From NCBI GenBank assembly GCA_024679065.1, contig JAGIQG010000010.1, positions 74,462,001 through 74,526,000 of the forward strand: a stretch of DNA of 64,000 nucleotides. Direction: 5' to 3'. Below are positions 11,436 through 23,900 of the stretch, one piece after another. This DNA comes from Sphyrna mokarran (lineage: Eukaryota). The translations under genes and the position numbers were made by a program. The notes beneath the pieces are model-generated. The model did no database searches, was not told where the DNA came from, and worked only from the letters and a program-made list of their open reading frames with translations. Position 1 is the first letter of the stretch; the number at the start of each line of letters is the position of its first letter.

Positions 11436-13566
11436 ATATCTATGGACCTGCCATTTTTCTGTTCTGCCAACAGTCTTTGAGATACCACAATCAGGCTTAT
11501 GCCATCACCCAAAGCATCAATATCTTGTTGGCCAATTATAAATGCAATGTGTGCTTGTGGCAGTAGTTTTTCTTTGCTTTTTAATTGCTTTGCAACCTCG
11601 ATATCTTTCTCAAATATTCTCATTCGTGCAACAAAGTTGAAGATTTATTTCCAGAAATAACACTTTTTGGGATACAGCGAATGAGTAATTTGAAACATGA
11701 CATGGTAAGTGTGCTATGGTTAGGTGTAACAGATAAGTTTGGACTTGTTCTCTAGCACTATGGCTTCTCTGCTGTTACTTTGGCTGATGTAGATCATGAG
11801 ATAAAGATTTGTCAACAACTCATTATAATTGCATCATGCAACTATCAGGATGATAGAAGATGAACAAGATGGATGTTGGTCTTTTTACTGTCAACCAATC
11901 CCGATGTTGGTCCTCTGTGACAATGTACATTGTGTTTGACAAGATAATTATGGATGAGAGACACCATTCCACTCATCTTAATTCATCCATTCAGAAATGC
12001 TGTATTACCCTAAATTTCACCATCAAATTATTTGTTGAAAGATTCCATCGTTTTTGCCCCTATTGTTGTCTTTAATATTTTGTGTCCATTTTTTCCATTC
12101 ATCATGAAGCACTAGGAGTCATCTGAAAAGGGATGAAATAATGCAGACCAATATACTTGAGGAAAATTATTAGTTTTTTTTTACTATTTTCACGCATTAA
12201 TTAAATGCCTTCTGCATTTTTGAGACAGAAATGGCATACCAAATAACTGGTGATAATTCACCAGTGTCAAATATAATGTGCAGGGAATGTGGAAATATCA
12301 GCAATGCCCCACTGGAGATCAAAAAGCAAATCCCAATGAGCTCTACCTCTACTCAGAAACCTGAGTAAGATGGGTCAATCACATAAATCTTAACTCAATA
12401 CATATCATGAAGTACAAAGTGGAGCTGCATCACCGTGCTTTAAAAGGAAAGCATTAACAACATATACTTATACCCAAGAATTCATTGTCTCACCAACAAA
12501 AAATATCATAACTGCTATAAACTGACCCATTAAAGCAACGTCTCCTTTGACAAAATGATTATAGCAAATATTCAAACATTTCCAACAGCAACTGAAAATG
12601 TTCCCATTGTCTGATTATATCAGTTTGACCATGCAAACATATTCACATTAGAGTAATTAAAAAGTTCACATGGGTTTGTTCATAACTATATGGACAGATT
12701 TGGATTCTTATCACTTATTAGTGAAAGGAAGCATTTCAAATTCTCTACTAATGTCAATGCAGAATTTCAGCCTGTTTGCACAGAAGTCGTCCATTTAATC
12801 CAACTTATTTAAAGAAATGGAACAAATTCCATTTAGGGATACCTGCAATTAATAGAACAGCATTCGAATGTCAAGGTAGTAGTATTAGAAGTCATTTTGC
12901 TAATGGAATTTATGAAAGAGAATAACTCACTCTGGCCGTAGTATGGCTCTTGTCAGATACTATTATTGTTTAAACTTTTGGACATTCATGTCCACATATT
13001 TGGCTGAAATGCCAGGGAAGATTGACTGCTCAAGCATCAGGAATCTGCTTTACACACATTAAGAAAACACAAAGGTCAACCTAATCTATCCATTCAGAGA
13101 CCGGGTCCTTTTTCACATAACAAACAGGATATTCTAGCCTGAGCTCTGCCACAACTGAAAGGTGGCATAATTGGCTCAGTCAAGCAAGATCCTTTCATTG
13201 AAAGCTTCTTTCACTGCATTAAAAGCTAACCAATTTCTTCCACACCATGGCACTGTGGAAATACTTCGCTGCTACAAATGAGGTAACAAAATTATGATCA
13301 CCTTGAATACAAATAATTGTCTACTGATCTTTTATTAATAATAAAGGGACAGCACGAAATTTTCAGGAGAAATTCATTTCCTCAAAGGAACTGGATATAT
13401 GAAAAAGCATGTGACAATTTTTAGAAAGGGCTGGAACGAGGGACATATTCATCACCACATCATTCATCACACTGTGATCACATGTATGGAGTATATTAGA
13501 ATGTATTACTATGACTTTTATTTTGTCACATCTTTGCAAAAGTTAGGAAATTATCTGAAAAACCAA

Positions 13567-13885
13567 TTGGTTCACTAACGTAATTTATGAAAGACAGCTG
13601 CCCGCTATGGCTATGCTATGCCTCCTGTCACGTTGTATGTTGATTGACTCTTGATGATCTCAGTCCGAAAGTCATGCTGGTCAGCTGCACTGGCCATGCT
13701 AAATTCTTCCTCAGTGTACCTGAACAGGCACTGGAATGTGGCAGCTCGGGGATTTTTACAATAACTTCATTGCGTTGCCAATGTAAGCCAACTTGTGACA
13801 TTAATAAACTTAAGCTTAATTAGGAATGAGCAATAAAAACTGCCTTGCTACTGTCATCCACATTCCATAGACAAATTTAAAAAAC
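13567..13885 (+). mobile_element. LINE-derived 3' tail interrupted by a V-SINE 3' fragment (tail B, ~13660-13812)
   Basis: ggttcactaacg...gactctt and aattaggaatgagcaataaaaactgccttgc...aaaaaa flank ggccatgctaaattc...aacttcattgcg...aatgtaagccaacttgtgacattaataaact. Confidence 0.65.
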
Positions 13886-13924
13886 ATCCTGAAGTCATAC
13901 TGTCAATGTAGTCAATAATCTTAC

Positions 13925-14097
13925 CTGCAGCAGATGACAGCTTTACAAGACAAAGCCAGATCTAAAAATGAGCGACGGACTTCAAAAGACAGTGCGTAGT
14001 TCAACGTGTGCCCATCTATAATGAGGGCAAGTTCGTTCTCTTTATTCAAGGACTCACCTAGGTCCTCACAATGACGAGTAAGTGTTTCCCTGGTTGC
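13925..14097 (-). CDS. ATP8A2: Internal coding exon (173 bp, phase 0 to 2) of a P4-ATPase phospholipid flippase, ATP8A2-like
   Basis: The minus strand reads gtttatttttcag|GCA ACC AGG...TGC TGC AG|gtaag. It translates to [57 protein letters not shown](R), the ALIIDG...AVICCR segment of ATP8A. GHTL and SFEVRRSF match ATP8A2 rather than ATP8A1 (GKTL, TFGVRQYF) as I recall the human proteins. Confidence 0.93.
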
Positions 14098-15777
14098 CTG
14101 AAAAATAAACAAATACATTATGAATAATCTTGATATTAGAGGGATAAGTGCTGGAGTTGTCAGCAAATGAGTGGTATTCAACTATTGGGTGAAGTGAAGT
14201 TGGAGGAAGTTCCAAGTGATGCAAATCCAAGGACACATTGTTCTCTCTTGCAAATAATAAGTGGTTATAAGGGAGGTTACAGTGATTTCTGTTGACTTTG
14301 GAGGCTTGCAGAATTTGGGGAGGAACATGTGTCCCAACGCTGAAGGGTCTAAGATTCAAATTTTGGTTACCATCTCCCAATGTTGAGAGTGTATGTTTTT
14401 AGAAAGTATATCTTTGTGAAGTCATCTCAAATGATGATGGTGCCACTCATTCTCCTTGTTTTCTTCCCCCATAAATAAAACATTGGGAGCTGCAGCTGCA
14501 GCCACTAATCCTGAGGGACCACTGTTAACTTCTGAAGAGGGAGGGAGAGTTCTGCGAATGCAGCATCACCTCCTTGTCCTGCACCTAGCGTAAGCACAGA
14601 TGCATATATCTTAGTAGGTATGAATGAATTGGCCCTAAGGGATCCACACACGCAATACAGATACATCACAGTCATCTGACCAGCAGTAAGAGACCAAGAT
14701 ACAGAAGGTCTAGAGCAGTCATTGGAATGCTGAAGGAGGGATGAATGCTGAGCTCCACGCTGATGAAAAGTCTCTGGAGAGATCTGTCAGACAGGAGGTG
14801 CTGGATGTAGAGCATGAGGCATGGGAAGCTGTGGCTGAGACTGCGTGCACTAACATGGACAGTGAATATATCCACACCATTACAGTGATCTTCAGAATGC
14901 ATGGCTTCCTCTACTGAGACTTGCGACTGTCATGGAAAGCGAAACCCAGCAGCTGGATATCAGGTATGTGTTCTGATTTGACATCTTTGCCTCATCTCTA
15001 ATCTCCAGTGCCTCAAGCTAGAGCCAGAACATGGCAAGATTGCCTCACATCACATCCAAGTCCTGGCTCCTTTAAGGAAAACAGGGAGGGCAAAATGAAT
15101 GTAGCTTCCATTGGGAGGGACATCTCTCGGGTGCTTCTAAGGGGGGAGCCTCTCCTTCATCTCTTCTCCATTGATACAAAATGCCTCAGAGTGCTGCACT
15201 GATAGAATAGCCTCCTGCCACTATGCAGGTGACTCCTGTAACGCTGGGATGCTCACATCCCAAGGCTGCCTTAGCAGCCCACAGGCTTCAGTTCCAGGCC
15301 CGCTAATAAATGCAAATTAAATTTCCATACTGAAACCAATTCCACACCAACATCAGGTGCAGATCTAATGACATTGAAAATCCTGGTTGCGGAGATGTGC
15401 TGAGGATCTGACACTCACTGGGAAGTCCACAAAATGGTTGCCCCTGATGTCTCCAGCCTGCTGCATCATACAAGTAGGGCAGCAAGCTAGGAGAACTGCC
15501 CTCCTGGAGTTATGTCATTTTCACGCTGAATAGTCAGTTAGTAGGGTAGTCCTTTGCTTACCTCTGGGTGCCTGACATTGCGTCTGCCCTCTGCATCTCT
15601 TGCACAGTAGCATATTGAACTACATGAACAATGGTCTCCTACAGAATGAACAATGCTGGAGTGCATAAACTTAATAGCAGCAATTTCTGAATGTCCCCTT
15701 CTCTGCTAAAATATCAGGCTGAACAGCATGAGATTCTCTCACCTTTTTTCAGCCACTGTCCTGCTTTGAGATTTTAT

Positions 15778-16576
15778 GGAGGTGATTTTCCAAAATTGAA
15801 GTGATCAACGAGTGAAAGCTAGAGGTTTTCTCCCCATTGTTTGGGTGTATTTAGTAGGATGCAAACCGCCAAGGGATTCACACCAGTAAGGGAGGAGGGG
15901 GCCAACCCCACTTAAGTGGGTCATAGCGCATGCGCCAATCTGTCAATGGGGAGATCCTCCAACCCCCTCCACTCTGATCACCAGCCCCTGTGATCACTCC
16001 CTCCTCCCCAATTGCAGCCTCTGTGACCCCTCTTCCCTCCATCGCTGGCTGCCAGCTCTTCCAATTCCCCCCCCCCCACCCTCCCTAGCCCTATTCCTAC
16101 CCCCTCCAATGGCCAGTCCCAAATGCCTTCTTCCCTTCCAACCCAACCGTTCCCTAATGCAGAATGCACAGTAAGTCCACATTCCCCCCGACCACCACCA
16201 AACAGCCGCGCCCCCCAATAGGTCTCAACCCTCGGCATTACCATGGTGCCAGGCTGACACTGCCCAAGGAGCAGTAGCCTTTGCCCCCGAACTCCCAGGG
16301 GTTGTCAATGGTCTCTGTCCCCACTAACAAGGTGATCACATGGGTTCCCCATTAATTGGGTCCAGCTTCAATGCCTGCTGCTGGGAACCTCTCCTGGCAG
16401 AGAAAGCATATGGAAATGGCAATTTGTAGAGAGTAATCAATCAGCACATGGTTTATTACATTGAAAAAGAGGGCTTGGGAAAGTTGCAATCATCTGGATG
16501 CCGGTCATGATCCTACTAACATTTTCTGGCTCGCTGCACTACTTGAGCAGTACAATGGGCCAGGAAAATCGTACCC
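15778..16576 (+). mobile_element. ~800-bp GC-rich MITE (PIF/Harbinger-type)
   Basis: TIRs ggaggtgattttcc / ggaaaatcgtaccc and a 3-bp TSD TAT on both sides. The internal gcgcatgcgc and C-rich tract are shared with the copies at 18862, 34915 and 46026. Confidence 0.75.
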
Positions 16577-16929
16577 TATATCTGCTTTTGCAACACATCC
16601 TGATACTCAGTGTGACTCCCTCTGAACATTTCTAAAGAATGGCAAAAGAATGGCATATGCAAAATTTAATGAGCTTAATATCTCGAAAATAGTCTTTTTT
16701 AAATGGCAGACAGCCTATCGATTTCAGCGCATGCCCAACTTGTGTATTATTGAAGACTGTCATGATGAGATTGGATAAGCAAGCCGGTGTCATCGTGCCA
16801 GAGTTCGTACATGCCTGATTCCTAATTATAAAATTCACCTCTGTGGGCTGCGATGGGTAGAGTTTGGCCAGGGTTTAAACAAAGAAGATTTCAATAAATA
16901 TGGCAAAAGCCACTGTGTAAAGTTAAAAT

Positions 16930-17499
16930 GTCTACATAGATTGCTGAAGTTTTCCTTGAAAGAGAGGATTTATCTGTAAGTAGCTTATAACAATTAACAA
17001 AGGTAAATTTAAAACAGGTGGCAGAAATTGATTTAAAGAAGGCATGAAGTAGTCAGAAAATAGTCAGAACAGTTGGAGGAAAAAGATAATCTGGGTAAAA
17101 TGCGAATTGAGTTGGCTAGGATTCAGTTACAAATGAAAAAATGAACTCAAAGAGATAGCGAAAGAAAGGGAAACAGAAAGTGAGATGTGAAGGCTTGAAT
17201 TAGAATTTCAAAGATTAAGAGAAAGGTAAAGTCTTAAATTACAAAGAGAGGGGGAAGCCAGGAAATTTGAGCTAGATAGGGAAAGACTTTGGTTATGTGA
17301 ACAAAAAGAGTACTAGGCAGACTTAAGATGGATCAGATTTAACTTCTAGTTCTGGTTTGGCAAGGAATATTCTCCCAGTGCCTAAGCTCAGTGCGCTGGG
17401 AGTTGAAATAATTTATGTCTTATTTGAGAAGATTACTACAAAGTTACAAATAGCCAAAACAAACATTGATTTTATTCTGTTCTTTTGGTAGGAAAAGCA
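16930..17499 (+). mobile_element. Decayed Gypsy (Gmr1-like) gag, N-terminal part
   Basis: An E/K-rich coiled-coil-like stretch, then LARNILPVPKLSALGVEIIYVLFEKITTKLQ/*PKQTLILF..LVGKA (cf. IxLVPxF...FEKIA...WP...LxGKA). Confidence 0.65.
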
Positions 17500-17504
17500 T
17501 TTGG

Positions 17505-17667
17505 CTCTTTTCGATGGTGTGGTGAGACTTCTTAACATTGATCAAAAGCCATTTCTTTTTCTCCAAAAAATTCCACAAATATTTGATTCTGTCTCTTCCC
17601 TCAATTTCTAAAACTTTGCCTTTGGATACTGGGACTAACTCAGATGCATTAAGATTGTATCATGTTA
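17505..17667 (-). mobile_element. Continuation of a Gypsy gag in inverted orientation
   Basis: The minus strand reads LNASELVPVS/RQSFRN*GKRQNQIFVEFFGEKEMAFDQC (cf. LxAYELVPEAYRQKFRN...TYVEFAREKExxFDRW). Confidence 0.7.
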
Positions 17668-17913
17668 TACAGTAATTGGCAGAACTCTTAAGAGTATTGC
17701 TATGCAAAGGGATCTGGGTACACAAGTACACAGATCACTAAAAGTGGCAATCCAGGTGCAGAAGGCAGTCAAGAAGACATACAGTATGCTTGCCTTTATC
17801 TGCCAGGGCATCAAGTATAAAAATTGGCAAGTCATGTTGCACCTTTATAAAACCTTAATTAGGCCACACTTGGAATACAGTATTCAATTCTCGTTGCCAC
17901 ACTACCAGAAGGA
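17667..17913 (+). mobile_element. CR1 ORF2 fragment
   Basis: ORF 17702: QRDLGTQVHRSLKVA...LYKTLIRPHLEYSIQFSLPHYQKD. Confidence 0.88.
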
Positions 17914-18172
17914 TGGCACAGAGATCAGCACTGCTGCCTCACAGCAGCAGGGATCTGGGTTCGATTCTCGGCTCGGGTCACTGCCTGTGCAGAGGTTGTA
18001 TATTCTCCCCATGTCAGCGTAAGTTTCCTCGCACAGTGCAAATAATATGCTAGTTAGGTGCATTGGCCATGCTAAATTCTCCTTCAGTGTACCTGAGTGT
18101 GGTGACTAGGGGGTTTTCACAGTAACTTAATTGTGAATGTAAGCTTACTTGTGAAACTAATACTTAAACTTT
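17914..18172 (+). mobile_element. HE1/V-SINE-like SINE with tail type B
   Basis: tRNA-like head with B box ggttcgattct, a V-core remnant, and tail gtggtgactaggggg.ttttcacagtaactt...aatgtaagcttacttgtgaaactaat. Confidence 0.85.
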
Positions 18173-18276
18173 AAAAAACTATCTCCCTCTTGCACTCCAT
18201 GCAAGTGCAGCCCCTAAAATGCACAGGTTTTAACATGCTGGGGCTGAGCTTCATAGCTGTCCAACACTGCTGATAT

Positions 18277-18356
18277 GGGGAGAATATACAGACCCAAGCC
18301 GAGAATTGAACCAGATCTCTACTGCTGTGAGGCAGCAGTGCTAATCACTGTGCCAT
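18277..18356 (-). mobile_element. V-SINE 5' head fragment
   Basis: Reverse complement: tggcacagtgattagcactgctgcctcacagcagtagagatctggttcaattctcggcttggg. Confidence 0.8.
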
Positions 18357-18371
18357 CAAACCACTAAACGA

Positions 18372-18660
18372 ACGTGTGTAGGAGTAAGCAAGCTAGTATG
18401 TTGGGAGTGATTAAGTGTGTGGAGCGGACCATGAAAGAAGTGTGTGTATGGGGATGAGCATAAGTCACTGAGTGAGCACATGAGGTGAATGTACCAGACT
18501 GAAAAGAGCGTGCGGTTGCCTGTTGGGGAACAAGTGTGTGGGACTGAGGGCGTGCAGAGGTGAGTATATGGGAGTGAGTGCCTGAGACTGAAAATGCTGA
18601 TGTATTTGCAACAAACTGGATGAGTGGGGCTCATGTGTGAGTATGGGTGAGTTTGAGTCT
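18372..18660. repeat. Degenerate GT/GA-rich minisatellite-like tract
   Basis: Recurrent gagtgtgt(g/a)tggga-like units. Confidence 0.5.
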
Positions 18661-18861
18661 GCCTTATATTCAATCTTGGGTTTCTCATTCACTTTCACCA
18701 CACCCACACGCCAACTCCAACTCTGATTTTTATTACTTACTCTTTTTTTTAAACTTAATTTATTGCTAAGATATTGCTGTACTTTTGCTCAGCAATTGTT
18801 TTTTTCCTTAAAACACCAACATTTCTTTTGAAATTCAGTTTTTTTGTTGTGCTAAGCCTTA

Positions 18862-19638
18862 GAGGTGATTCTCCCAAAAAAAATTCTAAGTGTTGGATTT
18901 ATGTAGAAACTGGAGTAAATCACTCTGGTTTTTCAGAGGGCATTTCAAAATGAATCTCCATACTCTGTGCACTGCAGAGTGCACTCGTGTGAATCAGTCC
19001 AAAAGCTGGGGGTGGGGCCTATTCTTGCCTGAGAGGCTGGCAGCATAGCACCGAGTGGGCCACTGTGCATGGTCCGATCTGTCAGTACCAAGATCAGCGC
19101 ATGTGCAGTGGCCCCTTTCTGTCAGCCTCCTGATTGCTGGCCAGCCCCTTGTCAGCTGTGCAACCCTCACCCCCAATAATCACATGCCAGAGGCTTTTCC
19201 TTCCATCAGGCTCTATTTCTATGGCACTGCCTTTGCTTGGTGGGCAGTGCCAAGTGTCCCTTAGGCATTGGTGTTTTGCCCTTTGGTCAGTGCCAGGGGC
19301 TTAGGATGACACTGCCAAGATGGCAATGTCCAGGGGCACCACCCCTCCCTTCCTGATCTCTGGTTGGGGGGGGGGGGGGGGTCTCAGTTGCCCCCCCTCC
19401 CCCCTTTACTCCAGTGGGGTCAGACTTCCAGCTTTCCACAAGTGAGCAGTTTCAGTCCTGGGCCTGCCGACGGCTTGCATACGTTATGAGCTTTGTGTCG
19501 ATTTCCAGCATGGAGCTGACCGCGCTGGAAGTTCAGCTGCTGGAGATGTGCGGAGACCATGGTACCCAGTAGGGAGACTGCCAGTCATGGCCTGCAGCAT
19601 TACGAAAGCAGTGCAGCGGGCTGGGAGAACAGACCCCC
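18862..19638 (+). mobile_element. GC-rich MITE (PIF/Harbinger-type)
   Basis: TIRs gaggtgattctccca / tgggagaacagaccccc, with TTA target duplication at 18859-18861 and 19639-19641. Confidence 0.8.
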
Positions 19639-19659
19639 TTATCTTTCTAAAATTTGCTC

Positions 19660-20010
19660 ATTAGCCTCTCAAATGAGAGAAACAAGCAAAGTTTGGACAA
19701 ACCTGTTCTAAACTATCCCACAAACACAGAGGGCAGAAAGCCTTAGTTTGAAAACCCACAGAGAAGCTGGAGAGTTAATGAAGTTGATAAGGAACAGAAT
19801 AATAATTATCACAATGGGGATAGCAAAACTGAAAAGACAGATGCTTCTCAGGGAAACAAATGTGAAAGAGACAGTGTAGGTGACGTAAATGATTCAAGGA
19901 GACTAACATGTTGCCTTTGCCATAAGATGGGCCTGTGAAAGTCAATTGTTAGAAGTTAAAAGCAAGCTATCATAAGCTTGTCTGCTGTTTCTCCAGAAAC
20001 TGCAGAACCA
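19660..20010 (+). mobile_element. Gypsy gag C-terminal remnant with a CCHC zinc knuckle
   Basis: ~19903-19962 reads LTCCLCHKMG(H)VKVNC*KLK (C-X2-C-X4-H-X4-C with a 1-nt loss). Confidence 0.6.
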
Positions 20011-20789
20011 ATGAGTAAAGCTTGTGACAAACCAATACCTAAAGAGTGAAAAACTCCAACTTCTGAAATTGAAGTCATCCCGAAGCCTCAGATTTGCCAG
20101 TGGAGATTTAAAATCAACCAGTATCAAGATGAACCTGCTTGCAAACTCGTAGCCCCAGGCATTGAAACGGAATCCTTCAGCAAAATTTTGGGTTAATTGA
20201 TTCAGAACCTTGATGGTGGAGACCTGCTGTCGAGAGCTTCCAGCCAGAGACCAGCAGTTCTCTTTTGCCATCAACACCAAGGACAGCAATGCAAACACTA
20301 GAGGTCCAATTTTGCTGAGAGAACCTGCTCCAGGCCAAAGATGAGCCAGGGCTGGGTGAAGGGGAAGTGAGTGGTCAACATTACCACCTGCACCCCCCCT
20401 CATCCGATGCTGAGTCCCTCAATCGGGCATTGAGTCCCTGATAATGAGGGAATTCTTCTAAGTGGTCACTGCACACCAGCTCACTGGGCAGCAGTTGGGA
20501 GGGACAGGAAAACTACAAGGCTGCCACTTATTCCCTGAGCTACCACTGAATTGCAATGGATTCAGGGATAAGGAGTCTTACTGATAACCTACTGGGATTG
20601 GCTGGAAATCCCACATCAACACCTGTCATCCCTTGAAGGGCAGGTTTAGGCACTGCTGGGAGACTGATCAGAGTCCTGTGATTAAATGGGACCGCTGCCA
20701 TTGTTCTGACTGCAACAGGCTGGATTAAATTCCGTCCGTTGAACCTATCCCAGTGTTTCAGGTGGGTGTTAAATATCCAATGACACCGT

Positions 20790-21015
20790 TTCAAGACAAG
20801 CACGAAGTTCTGTCAGAGTCCTCAACAACGTTCCTTCTTCAACCAACACAATCAAATAGAGATTAAGTGATTACGCATTGCATTGCTATTTGTGGGATAC
20901 TGCTGTCCATATAATGATTGCTATGTCTGCCAGCGTACTAATCGTGACATCAAATGGTTTGTTGCGTGTGAAACACTGCCCCAAGACGCACAATGAAGTG
21001 CTGTATAAATACATG
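20790..21015 (+). mobile_element. Deu-domain SINE (SacSINE1-like), 3' half
   Basis: cttcaaccaacac...attgctatttgtgggatactgctgt...gtgctgtataaata; homologous to 42420-42850. Confidence 0.6.
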
Positions 21016-23229
21016 ATAGAAAACATCTCTATTCAGGAAGTTAAACATGAATAAATAAACCTTTGTCATGCTTCTCACAACCACTATGTAACAAAACTTT
21101 CAGCTATTAACGAGACTTCAAAGACATGACATTGACTCTTTAACTCAAGATTAAAAAAAAAGTTCCTTGAAACCGATAGATGACTGATTAATGGACCAAT
21201 TAACAAAAACCTAATTTTCTTTACACTGCACAGATTAATGAGTAGCATTCTTAATAGGGAAAGAAATGTGTAAACTTGAACTCTCTCATTTTTACACAGT
21301 AAAGGAATTCTAAATACTAAAAACAAAACCTACAACACAAAAAGTTGGAAGAATTTTGGTTTTCCAGAGGATAAAATTTTACCAACGCGGCTTTTTAGAA
21401 GCCTTTTACATAAATACCATCAATAGAAACTGAACAGAACTGTATCTTCTGTATGGGTTCCCGGAACAGGCCTCAGAACTCACTATATGAGAATATGAAC
21501 TTAGTATCCTGTCTTTGGTGAGGTGAAGTTATGTTTGTGGACAGTGCTGGTGGAAAATTGGTTTATACAGAGTTTCTAGCTCTTCTTTCACCTGTAAAAA
21601 TTCAGGGGCAAAACAAGTCCTCCATCAAATGGACAAACGCATAAAATTTCAGAAATATCATTGTACAAGTACAAGGGAAACTTGTCATATATCATGTGTT
21701 GCTTTCAGCATCAGGGGTTCTTAAATTGTAAAAGATTGGGGTTTCTGTGCGGCATTTGATAACAGCACGATCAATATGGAGACTGGCACACTAAATAAAC
21801 CAAAACATTTCTCTTCAATTCCTACTGGTCAGCCTCCAAATGTTTTCAGGCATGTGTCACATTTGCGCAATTAATGGTGTGTCTGTCTGTTCAGTTCATT
21901 CAAATTATGTTGACCACTAGTTTTCTGGCCATGCTCTTTCAACCAGGTTCACTCACTGGTGAGGCAAAGTTGCACCCTGTCCCAATCCGACCTTGAAAGG
22001 CCTCCAAAGATAATTCTGGAGTCCCACATAAATCTGCCACTAAGTGCATGGAAATTAATTTAAGAGGGAACACAAGGAACCAGCCAGAATTTGATTTAAG
22101 GAGATTAATTTAAAATTTAACTACAAAGTTAATGCAAGCAATAGAGGAGATATAAATTACAAGCTGTAGTTAATGGAAACAACTGAACTATTTCAAGTTT
22201 TTTTTTCCTGGACATCATGCATCTAGCTCGAGTATCTGTTAGCACCCAATGCTGCTGAGGGAGAGCAAACTCTGGATAGAGCATTCAGCATGAACACTTC
22301 ATGATAATCTCAGATATTGTCCACTTTATAGCTCAGCCATATATAAACTTAAGAGCTATAACTTGTTTCTTTCACAAAATTAGCTCAGTTTAAATGGCAT
22401 CGCTGTACTTCCTTCCATGAGGTATAAACAGGGCAAGAAAAATATCTTACATTATCAAAATTATGATCTGACATTTTTAAAAAGTGCCTTTATAATTGCT
22501 TTTCCCTCAAGTTCTAATTTAATAGAAACAAAGCATACTTCATGTTTAAATTGCCCATTACAGTCGCTTATGACTATTGTTTTTTTGCGGTAGGGTGATC
22601 CCCACGTCTCTTGTCAAGAAGCAGCTGGTTCAGTCAAACATTAAGTTCTGATGATAATACTTGAGACTTCATACCATGAAAGGTGATAACTTTTGTGTGC
22701 CTTCATCAATTATGAGGAAAACTAGGAGATTAATTGGATTCACCTCAAGCTTTATAATTTGAAAGGTTATCATTACACTCCTATTTCGTCAATTTGGTGC
22801 TTCTTTCAACAACCAAATGTTTGATATTGTTCACAGTAGGATATGGATATAACATGATTTTATTCATCAAATTTTGTAGTTCCAAGTAGCTGCAATCTAT
22901 TGCTGTGTATTCTACTGCACTCATTTAATCTCCTTTATGGAAGGTTCTGTATACGTATTTCCAGATCCAAAGGTAATAAAGTAGAACTCCAGAGTATTCA
23001 TCTAGCCTCCTGTTCAATATCCAACTGTGGCCAACTTTACTCTCAGCTTCTATTTATTAATAACCACTCAAAAATAAACCAATGCATAATCTTGAAATGC
23101 ATTCAAGCTTTACTTCATTGATGAACTATTGCTCATTTCCTCTAAAACACAAAATTAAAAAATTTGCCATTTAGTGATTTTTAAATATTTATACACTTCC
23201 TTTAACATAAAGGAACATTGAAACTTTCA

Positions 23230-23900
23230 TAATTGGGGATTGGATGTGGACAAGAGGCAGTTAAAGGATTTTGTCAGAGATTTAGGTTTTTGACATTCCT
23301 GTGAAGGTGGGCAACATTTAAGCACAACAATAGATGATTTTAAGAATGGAGCTCCAGAGTATGAAGGAAAATGGTTGATGACCTTGCTAGGTATGTCTAT
23401 ATGGAGAAGACAAATACATGACAGACCAAAGTTAGGAATATGGAGAAGATGGCTCACCAGCACCTTCTCAAGGGCAATTAAGGATGGGATACAAATGCTG
23501 GCCTTGCAACAAAGTTCATATTCCATTGAAGAATAAACATGGACAGGTTGCAAAGTTAGGAAGAAGAGTGGAAGGATTGGAAGATGAGAACAGGAATTTC
23601 ATGTTTGGGGGATGGGAGCCAATCAGAAAAGTAGATCAGGTGAGCTAGGTTTTGTGCAGAATCAAACGTGCACAGTGGACCTCTGGATCAATGAAAGTGA
23701 AAAAAGATGGAGCTTGGGATCCCCAAAAGGAAGGTGCTGAAAATTCAATTCAGAATGAGTGAAGATTTCGGTGGTAGTGCAGGTGAGATAGGGAAAAGAG
23801 AGGAACAATATGGCTGAGGTACAAGTAGATACTATTGGTGATGAATTGGATATAGGAGTTGAAGCTCTTAGTACAGCCTAAATGAGTACCCACGTTGGAG
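23230..23900. mobile_element. Old L2-like fragment (-) with an inserted LINE 3' tail (+, ~23440-23538)
   Basis: The tail gaagatggctcaccagcaccttctcaagggcaattaaggatgggatacaaatgctggccttgc matches the terminus of the 29585-31530 element. The L2 call rests on purine-rich similarity to 47560-47840. Confidence 0.5.

Noticed and set aside
14098-14181. N-terminal extension of ORF 13921..14181 (MNTTHLL...FIFQ)
   Set aside because: It is intronic read-through upstream of the tttttcag acceptor; ATP8A homology starts at ATRET.
14400-15770. GC-richer block that may be a decayed DNA-transposon internal region
   Set aside because: I could not recover a protein motif or termini by eye, so it is left unannotated.
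19942-20403. 153-aa minus-strand ORF
   Set aside because: No recognisable domain or splice context; it spans a gag remnant and a MITE-like repeat on the antisense.
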